Part shown: positions 8,618 through 19,044 of the stretch, in pieces
Position numbering within the stretch: position 1 is the stretch's first letter
How the letters are laid out: the number at the start of each line of letters is the position of its first letter
DNA from: Bacteroidota bacterium
GTDB taxonomy: Bacteria > Bacteroidota > Bacteroidia > UBA7662
Length of the DNA: 64,000 nt
Reading direction: 5' to 3'
Assembly: GCA_027485465.1 (NCBI GenBank)
Contig: JAIXRA010000016.1
Span: forward strand, 6-64,005
Translations under genes and position numbers: made by a program
The notes under the pieces: model-generated
Database searches by the model: none
What the model saw: only the letters and a program-made list of their open reading frames with translations
What the model was told of the DNA's origin: nothing

Positions 8618-9984
8618 AAAGGGAACGCTTGCTTGTGTTGGGAGCCGGTGAAAGCGGTTGTGGCGCCGCCCGTTTGGGCAAGGTTTTGGGTATGGAGGTT
8701 GAGGTGTGGGATCAAGGCACCATTCGTGAAGAGCGCATGCACCAATTGGAAGCCTTGGACATTCCGTACACGCCCTCTTGTTCCAAAGACATCGCCTCCT
8801 GGAACCCGGATTTGGTGATCAAAAGCCCGGGCATTGCTCCCGAATTGCCTTGGATTCAAGCAGCCTTGAAAAAGGGCCTGCCCGTGGTGGATGAAATCGA
8901 ATTTGCCGCCGCTCATACCCAAGCCAAGTTGGTAGGGATTACCGGAACCAACGGCAAAACAACCACCACCCATCTGACCCATCATGTTCTCAAGAGCGGT
9001 GGATTGCGCGCAGGCATTGCCGGCAACATGGGCCGCAGCTTTGCGGGGTCGGTGGCCGATGATTTGTTGGCCGATCCAAACACGGTACCGGAAGTTTATG
9101 TCCTGGAAGTTAGCTCCTTTCAGTTGGACGGACTCTTCAAAACACGGTTTGATGTTGGAGTTCTAACCAATATTACCCCCGATCATTTGGATCGCTACGG
9201 ATATCGCATGGAAAACTATGTGAAATCCAAGATGAGGCTGGTTCGTAACATGGATCAACGAAGCGCCCTGGTGTGGTGCAGCGATGACGCCTACAGCCGC
9301 CAAGGCCTGGATCAATTGGAACAAAAACCATTTCAAACCTATACCGTATCGTGGAAACGTTCTTCCTCCTTTGGAGGAGGGGCCTACACCCTTGACTCTC
9401 AACTGCAACTCGAAATTAACGACGAACTTATGTCCATCCCCCTGAATGAATTGGCCTTGGTTGGCCGACACAATGCGTACAATTCCATGGCAGCGGCGGT
9501 CGTCGCTCAATTGATGGAAGTTCGCAAAGAAAGTATCCGCGAGAGTTTGACCAATTTTGATCAGCTGGAGCATCGCCTCGAAAAAGTGGGCCGCATTCGT
9601 GGGGTCGATTATATTAACGATTCCAAGGCGACCAATGTCAATTCAACCTGGTATGCCTTGGAATCCATGGACAAGCCGGTGCTGTGGATTGCGGGGGGCG
9701 TTGACAAGGGAAACGATTATACCGCCTTGTATGATTTGGTCGCTTCCAAAGTCAAAGTTTTGATTTGCATGGGCAAGGACAACCGGGCCCTGCACGAAGC
9801 CTTTGCTGGTAAAGTGCCTGTTATCGTCAATGTTTCCGGTATGCAGGAATGTGTTCAAAGAGCGTATCAATTGGCCCAAAAAGGAGACGCCGTTTTGTTA
9901 TCGCCCGCTTGTGCCAGTTTTGATTTTTTTGAGAACTACGAAGACCGGGGTCGCCAGTTCAAGTATTTTGTCAATCAACTCTAG
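8614..9984 (+). CDS. murD: UDP-N-acetylmuramoylalanine--D-glutamate ligase
   Basis: MKRERLLVLGAGESG.., Mur ligase GITGTNGKTTTT. The ATG at 8614 overlaps the mraY stop (ATGA). The upstream part of the ORF-track call (8278) lies inside mraY. Confidence 0.9.
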   Translation: MKRERLLVLGAGESGCGAARLGKVLGMEVEVWDQGTIREERMHQLEALDIPYTPSCSKDIASWNPDLVIKSPGIAPELPWIQAALKKGLPVVDEIEFAAAHTQAKLVGITGTNGKTTTTHLTHHVLKSGGLRAGIAGNMGRSFAGSVADDLLADPNTVPEVYVLEVSSFQLDGLFKTRFDVGVLTNITPDHLDRYGYRMENYVKSKMRLVRNMDQRSALVWCSDDAYSRQGLDQLEQKPFQTYTVSWKRSSSFGGGAYTLDSQLQLEINDELMSIPLNELALVGRHNAYNSMAAAVVAQLMEVRKESIRESLTNFDQLEHRLEKVGRIRGVDYINDSKATNVNSTWYALESMDKPVLWIAGGVDKGNDYTALYDLVASKVKVLICMGKDNRALHEAFAGKVPVIVNVSGMQECVQRAYQLAQKGDAVLLSPACASFDFFENYEDRGRQFKYFVNQL

Positions 9985-10002
9985 AGAATTCACAGCCCCA
10001 TA

Positions 10003-11223
10003 ATGAATCGTTGGTCGGCTTTGTTCAAAGGAGATCGGGTCCTCTGGATTCTGATAGGGCTCCTCATGCTGAGCTCCTTGCCGCTGATTTATTCATCCAC
10101 CGGCCAATTGGCCCTGAGGGAGTACGATGGAAACACCGAGCGTTCCTTGTTAGCCCACGGCGTCAAACTATTGTTAGGAGGCGTCATCATGCTCTTTGCA
10201 CACCGCATCCCTTACCTCTGGTTGGGTCGGTTATCGGCCTGGGGCGTGTACATCGGTTGTGCAATTTTGGCTGTGACCTTGGTCTATGGGCAGACCATCA
10301 ATTCGGCATCCAGGTCTTTGGTGATTCCGTTTACGAACATCAGCTTTCAGGCCTCGGATCCTGCTCGATTTTTCTTGATTTTGTGGCTGGCCCGGGGTTT
10401 GGCTTTGTTACAAAAAGACGAGCGAATTCGGCGATTCGGGGATGGATGGATGCATTTGTTAGGGGGATTGATGGTAACGGCTGTTTTGATTGCCCCCGAA
10501 AATTTATCGACAGCCCTTATGTTATTGGGCGTGGGAATCGGCATGATTTGGGTGGCCGGTGCCCGCATTGTTGATTTATCCAAAGTGGTTGGCGGTGGTC
10601 TTTTGGTCGTGCTCCTCCTCGTGACGGTGGCTTATTGGGCAGGCTGGCCACGCGCCCGCGTTTGGAAGAATCGAGTTGAATCGTTTTGGAACCCAACCCC
10701 TGGTCAAGAGGATTTTCAGGTCATGCAAGCCAAAATCGCCGTATCGGACGGGGGGCTTTGGGGCAAAGGTCCCGGCAAAAGCATCCAACGGAATTTTTTG
10801 CCCCATGCTTATTCCGATTTCATCTACGCGATTGTGATTGAAGAGTACGGGATGGCCGGGGCCACCTGGGTATTGGTGCTTTACCTGGGCTTGTTCTATC
10901 GCATTCGAAAAATTGCCATGAATGCCCGTTCGCCTTACGGGGCCTATATCGCATCGGGGATGGGCATGGCCTTGATGGCCCAGGCCGTGGTGAATATGCT
11001 GGTTTCGGTAAGTGCCATGCCGGTGACGGGCCAGACCCTGCCGTTTATATCGCACGGTGGTAGTTCCATCCTTATCAATGCTTTGGCGATGGGCGTGGTT
11101 CTGAGCGTTAGTCGGGACATGACGGGCGAAGGCGATTGGTCGGAATTGGATATCGAAGGCGAAAGCCAAACGAACAAAGGGGGCGAAGCCGTCCCCTCCA
11201 AAGGGGAGGTGTCGTATGCCTAG
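10003..11223 (+). CDS. ftsW: Lipid II flippase / SEDS peptidoglycan glycosyltransferase FtsW
   Basis: 10-TM SEDS family protein (..HAYSDFIYAIVIEE..) in dcw position. Confidence 0.88.
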   Translation: MNRWSALFKGDRVLWILIGLLMLSSLPLIYSSTGQLALREYDGNTERSLLAHGVKLLLGGVIMLFAHRIPYLWLGRLSAWGVYIGCAILAVTLVYGQTINSASRSLVIPFTNISFQASDPARFFLILWLARGLALLQKDERIRRFGDGWMHLLGGLMVTAVLIAPENLSTALMLLGVGIGMIWVAGARIVDLSKVVGGGLLVVLLLVTVAYWAGWPRARVWKNRVESFWNPTPGQEDFQVMQAKIAVSDGGLWGKGPGKSIQRNFLPHAYSDFIYAIVIEEYGMAGATWVLVLYLGLFYRIRKIAMNARSPYGAYIASGMGMALMAQAVVNMLVSVSAMPVTGQTLPFISHGGSSILINALAMGVVLSVSRDMTGEGDWSELDIEGESQTNKGGEAVPSKGEVSYA

Positions 11224-12343
11224 ATCTCGTCAACAGGATTCGGTTTGGAGAATCATGGTGAGCGGTGGTGGAACCGGAGGTCATGTTTTTCCGGCAATCA
11301 GCATTGCCCAAGCATGCAGAGCTTTGAGACCGGATTGTTCGGTTCATTTTGTGGGAGCCCTGGGCAAAATAGAAATGTCCCAGGTTCCCAAGGCAGGATT
11401 CTCCATCACGGGTTTTTGGATCCGTGGTTTCCAACGCAAAGCCCTGTGGAAAAACCTGGCCCTGCCCCTGCAGGTTCTGGTTTCTTTGGTCCATGCATGG
11501 AATTTGTTACGAAAGTTCCGCCCCCATGTCGTCGTGGGCGTTGGCGGTTACGCGAGCGGTCCCCTTCTTTGGGTTGCTCAGCGTTTAGGTATCCCAACGG
11601 CCTTGCAAGAACAAAACGCCCTTCCGGGAGCGACCAATCGTTTTCTTTCGGGCGGTGCACGCCGGGTTTATGTGGCTTTTGAGGGCATGGAAACGTATTT
11701 TGGCTCGAACAAGACGGTGGTCACTGGCAACCCGGTCCGACCTGAATTGTTAAATCAAGGTCCTGGCCGTGAGGAGGCCTTGAAGTTTTGGGGCTTGTCT
11801 GGGGAACGAAAAACGGTGTTGGTTTTGGGGGGAAGTTTGGGTGCCAGAGCTTTGAACGAAGCAGTGGAGGCCTGTTTGCGTTCCGGATCACCCGATGTGG
11901 TCTGGCTATGGCAATGCGGACGCCACTACCAATTGCCGGAGGACCTCCAAGCAAAGCAAGGACCGAACCTTCGGGTTTTGCCTTTTGTCCAGGAGATGAC
12001 GATGGCCTATGCCGCGGCCGATTGGATTGTATCGCGGGCTGGGGCGGGTACCATGAGTGAATTGGCTTTGGTGGCCAAACCCTGTTTGCTGGTTCCTTCG
12101 CCGTATGTTGCCGAAAATCATCAGCATCACAATGCCATGAATTGGGTGGATTTGTCTCTGGCATGGATTAGTAGCGACGCGACGATTTCCAACGATTTAC
12201 CCAAGGTCCTCTTGGAATGGGGGCAAGACCCCGAGGCGGCCAAGACCAAGGCCTTGGGTTTGCGAAAATGGTCTCGCCCGGATGCAGCCCAACGAATTGC
12301 CACTGATTTATTTGAATTAACCTACCAAGAGAACGCCGCATGA
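11216..12343 (+). CDS. murG: UDP-GlcNAc:undecaprenyl-PP-MurNAc-pentapeptide GlcNAc transferase
   Basis: GGGTGGHVFPAISIAQ glycine-rich motif and GT-B fold length. An alternative ATG start exists at 11255. Confidence 0.9.
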   Translation: MPRSRQQDSVWRIMVSGGGTGGHVFPAISIAQACRALRPDCSVHFVGALGKIEMSQVPKAGFSITGFWIRGFQRKALWKNLALPLQVLVSLVHAWNLLRKFRPHVVVGVGGYASGPLLWVAQRLGIPTALQEQNALPGATNRFLSGGARRVYVAFEGMETYFGSNKTVVTGNPVRPELLNQGPGREEALKFWGLSGERKTVLVLGGSLGARALNEAVEACLRSGSPDVVWLWQCGRHYQLPEDLQAKQGPNLRVLPFVQEMTMAYAAADWIVSRAGAGTMSELALVAKPCLLVPSPYVAENHQHHNAMNWVDLSLAWISSDATISNDLPKVLLEWGQDPEAAKTKALGLRKWSRPDAAQRIATDLFELTYQENAA

Positions 12344-13806
12344 ATCCCATGGCTTACAAGCGCTATTTTTTGATCGGTATCGGGGGTATCGGAATGAGCG
12401 CCCTTGCCCGTTATCTTTTGTTATCGGGAAAGGAAGTTGCTGGCTATGACCGCGTTAGTAGTGATATTACTCGCTCTTTGCAGGCCTCCGGGGCCTTGGT
12501 GTTGGAGCATTTGAACACCGAACAATGTCCGCCGCCCTTTGATGAGCATCCCGAACATTGCTTGGTGATTTACACGCCGGCGGTACCTTTTGATCAGCCT
12601 TGGCTGACCTTCTTTCGGAATGGCAACTATACCATCATCAAGAGGGCCCGGATGTTGGGATTGCTTACCGCCCGTCGTCCCACGGTGGCGGTGGCTGGAA
12701 CGCATGGCAAAACCACCACCACCTCGTTGATTGCTCATTTGTTGCGATGCGGTGGTTTGGATGTCACCGCCTTTTTGGGTGGTCTGGGGGTTGATGCCTC
12801 ATCGAATCTCATGATGGGCAGCGACCAGGCGATGATGGTGGTTGAAGCCGACGAATACGATCGTTCTTTTCACGAATTGCAGCCCGAATGGGCGGTGGTG
12901 ACCAGCACGGATCCGGATCATCTGGATGTGTACGGGGATGCAGGGGCTGTCCTACGCTCGTATCGTCAATTTGCCCAATCGGCCGCTCGATTGTTGGTGA
13001 CCCGTTCGGGGTTGGATCTCCAGCCCATGGAGGGTGTTCGGCATTTGACCTATGGGAGTAACGATGGCATTTATGCGGATCAGGTGGCGGTTTCCGAGGG
13101 GTATCTCTGGTTTGATTACCATGGGAAAACCGTGATCAAGGATATCCCCAGCATGCTACCTGGTCAACATAACATCGAAAACGCTTTGGCGGCCATCACC
13201 ATTGCCTTGGAATGCGGGGTGGCTCCGGAGAGTATAGCCCCTGCCATGGCGGATTTCAAAGGTATCAAGCGAAGGTTTGAGTACGTGGCCCGTGGCAAAC
13301 GCCGTTGGCTGGTGGACGATTACGCCCATCACCCCCGCGAAATTGATGCCCTCATCCGGGGTTTGCGCCTTATGCATCCCAACAGCCGGATCTTGGGTTT
13401 GTTCCAACCTCATCTCTACAGCCGAACCCGGGACTTTGCATCGGAATTTGCCCGCTCCCTTTCGGCCTTGGACGAATGTTGGCTGTTGCCGGTGTATGCC
13501 GCCCGTGAAAAGCCCATGACCGGCGTTGATAGTTCATTGATTGCCAAGGATATGACCTGTCCAAATCGATGTTTACCGATCAGCGAAGGCCTGTGCCCTG
13601 ATTGGATACAGGACGTGTTGAAACATTCTTCGGATTTGGTCGTCACCATCGGAGCCGGCGATATCGATCAGTATTTGGAGGCCCTTTCGGTTCGGATTTT
13701 GGCCGAAGATTCGCTGACCTCTCTCTCTTCAAAGCCCCTGGGTCCGCAATCATCGGAATCGCCCACCCAACCCAACCCAACCAACGACCGTGATCTCTTC
13801 GCTTAG
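12340..13806 (+). CDS. murC: UDP-N-acetylmuramate--L-alanine ligase
   Basis: YFLIGIGGIGMSALA and GTHGKTTTTS Mur ligase motifs. There is a ~40-aa low-complexity C-terminal tail. Confidence 0.9.
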   Translation: MNPMAYKRYFLIGIGGIGMSALARYLLLSGKEVAGYDRVSSDITRSLQASGALVLEHLNTEQCPPPFDEHPEHCLVIYTPAVPFDQPWLTFFRNGNYTIIKRARMLGLLTARRPTVAVAGTHGKTTTTSLIAHLLRCGGLDVTAFLGGLGVDASSNLMMGSDQAMMVVEADEYDRSFHELQPEWAVVTSTDPDHLDVYGDAGAVLRSYRQFAQSAARLLVTRSGLDLQPMEGVRHLTYGSNDGIYADQVAVSEGYLWFDYHGKTVIKDIPSMLPGQHNIENALAAITIALECGVAPESIAPAMADFKGIKRRFEYVARGKRRWLVDDYAHHPREIDALIRGLRLMHPNSRILGLFQPHLYSRTRDFASEFARSLSALDECWLLPVYAAREKPMTGVDSSLIAKDMTCPNRCLPISEGLCPDWIQDVLKHSSDLVVTIGAGDIDQYLEALSVRILAEDSLTSLSSKPLGPQSSESPTQPNPTNDRDLFA

Positions 13807-14566
13807 AAATCAAATTCGCTCGCTGCGGGGAGCCTCGGTCCGCCTTGCTTTGCTCCGGATCCTGGGGTTGGGCTTGGTGACGGTCGTATGGCTGGGGGCC
13901 CAGAACGAACTAAAGGCCACCAAAATCAAAAAAGTCGCAGTGGTATACCGGGATCACCATGGGATGCATCTCTTGAGTGAACGGGAAATTTCAAGGGTGG
14001 TGGCTTTGAAGGCGAAGCGACCACCTCGTGGAATCATGAACCGTGAAAAGGCTTTGAGATCCCAGCCCTCCCTGGTCGGAGCGGACCTTAGCCTGGGTTT
14101 GGATGGCATTCTATGGGTGGAGGTTGAATCGAGTCGTCCCCTGATGAGGGTCATGCCGGTCGGTAGGCCGGGGTATTATTTGGATGATCGCGGATGCGGT
14201 ATTCCCCTAAGTCCTGGCTTTGCCTGGCCTCTGCCCCTGGTTTTGGGGGCGGTGCCCAGTCACTGGTCCCAAGGCAAGGCTTCTTCGCATGCCGGACTGG
14301 CCTTGGCCCTTCGTTCCCACCAAACGTTGGCAGATGATTCCATTCTGGGACAGGAGGTAACCCAATATGTGCTATCCGGTGTGGACTCGGCCTCGTTGGA
14401 ATTGCAAACCCGTTTCGGCCAACGCATTTGGGTGGGGACTTCCATGGGCTTGGCCTCCAAGTTGAACAAACTATCGCTTTTTTATCGTTGGGCTCCGGCG
14501 GATTCGCTGCCCACACGTTTTCATAACATCAATCTCATTTTTAAAGATCAAATTGTATGTCGCTAA
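13790..14566 (+). CDS. ftsQ: Cell division protein FtsQ (POTRA-containing)
   Basis: N-terminal TM helix (LALLRILGLGLVTVVWLG) followed by a ~200-aa periplasmic domain, positioned between murC and ftsA. Confidence 0.6.
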   Translation: MISSLRNQIRSLRGASVRLALLRILGLGLVTVVWLGAQNELKATKIKKVAVVYRDHHGMHLLSEREISRVVALKAKRPPRGIMNREKALRSQPSLVGADLSLGLDGILWVEVESSRPLMRVMPVGRPGYYLDDRGCGIPLSPGFAWPLPLVLGAVPSHWSQGKASSHAGLALALRSHQTLADDSILGQEVTQYVLSGVDSASLELQTRFGQRIWVGTSMGLASKLNKLSLFYRWAPADSLPTRFHNINLIFKDQIVCR

Positions 14567-15960
14567 ATTTTTCCAGTCTCAAGAACGCTGTTTCTCCCCG
14601 CAAGGCACCGGAGCCGGCCGCCAAGCCTGCCCCCGAACCCGAAATTGTAGTCGGGCTGGATATAGGAACCACCAAAATCTGCGCAGTTGTCGGTCGGCGC
14701 AATGAACACAACAAGGTGGATATTCTGGGCATGGGTTCCGCCGTTTCACAGGGGGTGAACCGCGGGACGGTGGCCAATATTGAACTGACGGTTCAGTCCA
14801 TCAAGCAAGCCGTAGCCGAGGCTTCGGCACGATCGGGCGTAGATATCCGCGTTGTCAACGTGGGGATTGCAGGTCAACACATTCGGAGTCATCAACAGCG
14901 CAATATGATGACTCGCCAAAGCCGCGAAACCGAGATATCCAAAGCGGATGTGAATCGATTGTTGCAGGAGATGTACCGAGTTCCCCAACAAGCTGGTTAT
15001 GAAATCATTCATGTATTGCCTCAGGATTATACGGTGGATGGTGAAAAAGACATCACCAACCCAGCAGGCATGAGCGGTATTACCCTGGAGGGTATGTTCC
15101 ATGTGATTACCGGATCGGTGGGAGCCATCATGAATATCAAACGTTGCGTTGAACTTTCCGGGTTGCTCATCAATGGGTTGACCCTTGAGCCTTTGGCTTC
15201 GGCAGAAGCGGTCCTGGGCCAGGACGAGAAGGATGCCGGAGTGGTATTGGTGGATATCGGAGGCGGCACGACGGATATTGCGATTTTTCATCAGAACATC
15301 ATTCGTCATACCGCGGTGATTCCCTTGGGTGGCAATATCATCACCCAGGATATTCGGGAAGGATGTTCGGTTTTGTTTGATCAGGCCGAAGCGCTCAAAG
15401 TTCGTTTTGGTTCGGCCTTGGCCCACGAAAGCATGGCCAATGAAGTGGTTTCAATTCCCGGTATTCGGGGACGAGATCCCAAAGAAATCAGCCTACTTAC
15501 CTTGGCGAATATTATCAACGCCCGGGTCAAAGAAATCATTCAACATGTTCAGTATGAAATACGTAGCTCCGGTTACGAAAAGAGACTGAGTGCGGGGATT
15601 GTCCTCACCGGGGGCGGTGCCCGTTTGAAGAATATCAAGCATTTGTTTTCGTTGATGACGGGTATGGAGGCCTGCGTTGGGGATTCCAACGGGCATTTGA
15701 GCCAAGCACCGGATCTCATCAAATCCCCGGTTTATGCAACGGTATGTGGATTGGTTTTGACCTCCTTGTCCAAAATGGATGCCGATGAAAGAACCAAGAA
15801 CGGACCAGGAAACAGCGTGCCCATCTCTGAAAGCGGGAACGATGATGAAAGCGCTCGAACGCCGGTCCGCGAAGGATTGCTGGATCGCTTGCTATCAGCC
15901 TTACCGGGGCTATTTATAGACCCCGAATTAGGCTCCAAAAACGGCCCGCATCGTGGATAA
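14557..15960 (+). CDS. ftsA: Cell division protein FtsA
   Basis: Actin-like ATPase motifs IVVGLDIGTTKICAVVG and VLVDIGGGTTDIAIF. Confidence 0.92.
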   Translation: MSLNFSSLKNAVSPRKAPEPAAKPAPEPEIVVGLDIGTTKICAVVGRRNEHNKVDILGMGSAVSQGVNRGTVANIELTVQSIKQAVAEASARSGVDIRVVNVGIAGQHIRSHQQRNMMTRQSRETEISKADVNRLLQEMYRVPQQAGYEIIHVLPQDYTVDGEKDITNPAGMSGITLEGMFHVITGSVGAIMNIKRCVELSGLLINGLTLEPLASAEAVLGQDEKDAGVVLVDIGGGTTDIAIFHQNIIRHTAVIPLGGNIITQDIREGCSVLFDQAEALKVRFGSALAHESMANEVVSIPGIRGRDPKEISLLTLANIINARVKEIIQHVQYEIRSSGYEKRLSAGIVLTGGGARLKNIKHLFSLMTGMEACVGDSNGHLSQAPDLIKSPVYATVCGLVLTSLSKMDADERTKNGPGNSVPISESGNDDESARTPVREGLLDRLLSALPGLFIDPELGSKNGPHRG

Positions 15961-16034
15961 TTTTTAATTCAACTTTCTGTCATTTAACAAAAAACGATAA
16001 ATAATTTTATAACCTCTTAATCCTCTATTTTTTT

Positions 16035-17891
16035 ATGACGCCACTCAGCAATTTTCAATTCAGTTTGGGATCCAACCCCGGTGCTATTATCAAAGTGATC
16101 GGCATCGGTGGAGCCGGAGGAAACGCCGTCAATCACATGTTTCAGAAAGGCATCAAGGACGTGGATTTTTTGGTTTGTAACACCGATTACCAGGCCTTAG
16201 AACGCAATCTTGTGAGGAATCGCCTTCAATTGGGTCCCTACCTAACCGAAGGCCGTGGTGCTGGCAATCAACCCGAAATCGGGCGGCAGGCTGCAGTAGA
16301 GACCATGGAGGAATTCAAGGAGCTCATCGGTAACGAAACCAAAATGGTCTTCATTACAGCTGGGCTGGGTGGTGGAACCGGAACAGGAGCAGCCCCAGTT
16401 TTGGCCGAAGCTTGCAGAGCCCTCGATATTCTGACAGTGGGTATTGTTACCCTGCCTTTTTCCTTTGAGGGAAAGAAGCGTCTGGAACAGGCCGAACATG
16501 GATTGAAAGAATTGCGTCGTTTTTGTGATACCACCCTGGTCATCAGCAACGACAAGGTTCGCGAACTGTTTGGAAATCTGGTATTTAAAGATGCCTTTGC
16601 CAAGGCGGATGATGTTTTGGCCTCTGCGGCCAAGGGCATTGCCGAAATTATTACGGTGGACGGTTACGTGAATGTCGATTTTGCCGATGTTCGAACCGTT
16701 TTGCAACAGAGTGGCAAGGCGGTCATGGGTTCTGGTCAGGCCAGCGGTGAGAACCGCGCCTTGGAGGCCGTGCGCTTGGCCTTGTCCTCTCCTTTGCTCA
16801 GCGAGAACGACATATCCGGTGCCCGCAATATTTTGATCAACATGAGCAGTGGGAATGATGACCCTATTCGATTGGACGAAATCGGAGAAATTAACGATTA
16901 TGTCCAAACCGAGGCAGGATCAGGGACCGATGTTATCTGGGGGAATTGCACCGACGATGAATTGGGAGATGCCCTTCGAGTTACCTTGATTGCCACCGGA
17001 TTCGAAGGGGATGCTCGCCGCGACTACGGTCGTGCTGCTGGCTCGGCAGGTGCAGGGTGGCAGCCATCCACGCCCGAAAAACCGTCCGTGGTCATTCACA
17101 CGCTCGATTCGCCCGTTGTTGCTGAGCAAGCCCCGGTCGCTGAGCAAGCCCCGGTCGCTGCGCAAGCCCCGGTCGAAGAAGAAAGCCTGCCCATGTTCAC
17201 CTTGATTGACGATGAATACATGGACGATGAGGGGGACAACGGATCCGACCCGACCCCATCAACGCCCAGCCCTGAGCCACAAGGACCGGCTTTTGAACAG
17301 GGTTCCCTCGATTTGTTTACCAGGGTTTGGAATTTGGATGATGCTGCTTCTCCTTTCGCTTCGGATGAACCTAGCAACGAACGGAACGATGAACCGGTCG
17401 CTGCTTTGAGCGCTTCGGGAACGGAGGTGAACGATGAGGTCAATCCATTCTTTGGATACGACGGACCGGTCGAATGGGACTTGGCGCCGGTGAATGTTGA
17501 ATCCACCGCGTCCATCACCGCATCCATCAACACGGCCGTGCCTGCCGTCGATTTGGAACCTGTCAACACGGCGCCTGCTCCTTCTCCCATACCTTCGGTG
17601 GAGGCATCGCCCGTGTATGCGAGCGGTCCTTCCGAAGAAGATGTTTTAACGCGCTCGCGCCAGCGCATTCAGAATCTGCGCAGTCTAAATTCATTGATAT
17701 CCGGGGGGAATGTTGCGCTCGAAGAATTAGAAAAAGTTCCGGCCTATGTCCGGGCAGGCTATCAACCAGCGCCTGCGGCTTCCAGTTCGGACCTACCTTT
17801 GAGCCGTACAACGGTGACGGAAAGACCTTTGGGCTCGGGTGCTCCCTTATTCAAAACGGACAACCGGTACCTGCACGATAACGTAGATTAA
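16035..17891 (+). CDS. ftsZ: Cell division GTPase FtsZ with an unusually long disordered C-terminal linker
   Basis: Tubulin signature GGGTGTG and IKVIGIGGAGGNAVNHM. The core is ~320 aa, followed by a ~250-aa acidic/Pro-Ala-rich linker and a C-terminal LEKVPAYVRAG peptide. Confidence 0.93.
   Translation: MTPLSNFQFSLGSNPGAIIKVIGIGGAGGNAVNHMFQKGIKDVDFLVCNTDYQALERNLVRNRLQLGPYLTEGRGAGNQPEIGRQAAVETMEEFKELIGNETKMVFITAGLGGGTGTGAAPVLAEACRALDILTVGIVTLPFSFEGKKRLEQAEHGLKELRRFCDTTLVISNDKVRELFGNLVFKDAFAKADDVLASAAKGIAEIITVDGYVNVDFADVRTVLQQSGKAVMGSGQASGENRALEAVRLALSSPLLSENDISGARNILINMSSGNDDPIRLDEIGEINDYVQTEAGSGTDVIWGNCTDDELGDALRVTLIATGFEGDARRDYGRAAGSAGAGWQPSTPEKPSVVIHTLDSPVVAEQAPVAEQAPVAAQAPVEEESLPMFTLIDDEYMDDEGDNGSDPTPSTPSPEPQGPAFEQGSLDLFTRVWNLDDAASPFASDEPSNERNDEPVAALSASGTEVNDEVNPFFGYDGPVEWDLAPVNVESTASITASINTAVPAVDLEPVNTAPAPSPIPSVEASPVYASGPSEEDVLTRSRQRIQNLRSLNSLISGGNVALEELEKVPAYVRAGYQPAPAASSSDLPLSRTTVTERPLGSGAPLFKTDNRYLHDNVD
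17121..17174 (+). repeat. 3 x 18-nt in-frame tandem repeat (AEQAPV)3 inside the ftsZ linker
   Basis: gctgagcaagccccggtc occurs three times head-to-tail with one substitution in the third copy. Confidence 0.85.
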
Positions 17892-17926
17892 TTGTCACTT
17901 TACCTGGCCTTCAAATCCGTTTTGCG

Positions 17927-19027
17927 ATGAACATAGGCATCCTCAAAGAAGCTAGTCCGGAATGCCGGGTTGCTGCTACCCCTGAATTGGTCCAAGCCTG
18001 GATCACGCGGGGTCACCGGGTTTGGGTCGAAGCAGGGGCAGGCTCCGCAGCGGCTTACCCCGATGAGGCCTACCAAAACGCGGGCGCTCAAGGCGGCTCA
18101 AGGACGGATATCCCCAGCGATACGGAGGTCTTGGTAACGGTCAACTGCCCCGCGGAACTTCCACTCCCCGGTTTGAGGTGGTTAATCGGTACCTTGTCGC
18201 CGGCCCGCCATCGTTCGCTGTTGTCAGCCTGGGCGGAGTCGGGTCTTACCATCCTTAGTTTGGATGCCTTGCCTCGAATAACCCGTGCCCAGAACATGGA
18301 TGTCCTCTCCAGCCAAGCATCGCTTGGCGGGTACCATGCTGTGGTCGAGGCCGCTGCTCTTTTGCCCCGGTGTTTTCCGATGATGATGACCGCAGCAGGG
18401 ACCGTGGTGCCTGCCCGGGTTTTGGTGATTGGAGCCGGTGTGGCTGGACTGCAGGCCATTGCAACGGCCAAGCGATTGGGGGCGGTGGTGGCAGCATTTG
18501 ATACCCGGCCTTCGGTCAAGGAGCAGGTTGAGAGTCTTGGTGGCCAATTTATCGAAGTGGAAGGTGCGGTGGAGGATCGCCAAGCCGGGGGCTATGCGGT
18601 GGAGCAAAGCGAGGACTACCGCCAACGACAACAGGAGCGTCTCAACGAGGAGCTTCTCAAGGCGGATGTAGTGATTACCACCGCTCAAATTCCTGGTCAA
18701 AGGGCTCCAATTCTGATTTCGTCGGCCATGCTAGCCCGAATGAAAGCCGGTTCCGTTGTGATGGACCTGGCGGCCGCCGGTGGGGGGAATTGTGAAGGCA
18801 CCGTGGATGGTCAGAATATTCGATTGGGTCAGGCCTTGGTTTGCGGTCGGTCGGCTCCTGCTTCGGCCAAGGCCCAGGATGCCAGCCGAATGTATTCCAA
18901 GAATTTACTTGCCTTCACGGCTTTGCTGGAAACCGAAGAACCCACCAAGTGGGATCTCGGTCGTGATGAAATTGTAACAGCTTGCTGCCTGGCCCATGAT
19001 GGGAAGAAGCAAGGGCTGATCGCCTAA
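17927..19027 (+). CDS. pntAA: NAD(P) transhydrogenase alpha subunit, part 1 (dI, AlaDH-like domain)
   Basis: MNIGILKEASPECRVAATPELV.., a Rossmann GxGxxG (VLVIGAGVAGLQA), and a downstream pntAB/pntB pair. Confidence 0.85.
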   Translation: MNIGILKEASPECRVAATPELVQAWITRGHRVWVEAGAGSAAAYPDEAYQNAGAQGGSRTDIPSDTEVLVTVNCPAELPLPGLRWLIGTLSPARHRSLLSAWAESGLTILSLDALPRITRAQNMDVLSSQASLGGYHAVVEAAALLPRCFPMMMTAAGTVVPARVLVIGAGVAGLQAIATAKRLGAVVAAFDTRPSVKEQVESLGGQFIEVEGAVEDRQAGGYAVEQSEDYRQRQQERLNEELLKADVVITTAQIPGQRAPILISSAMLARMKAGSVVMDLAAAGGGNCEGTVDGQNIRLGQALVCGRSAPASAKAQDASRMYSKNLLAFTALLETEEPTKWDLGRDEIVTACCLAHDGKKQGLIA

Positions 19028-19044
19028 TCGCATGGACCTCTAAA

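Noticed and set aside
10011-10574. 187-aa + strand ORF in an alternative frame within ftsW
   Set aside because: It is out of frame relative to the conserved SEDS protein. The Arg/His-rich translation is typical of off-frame GC-rich sequence.
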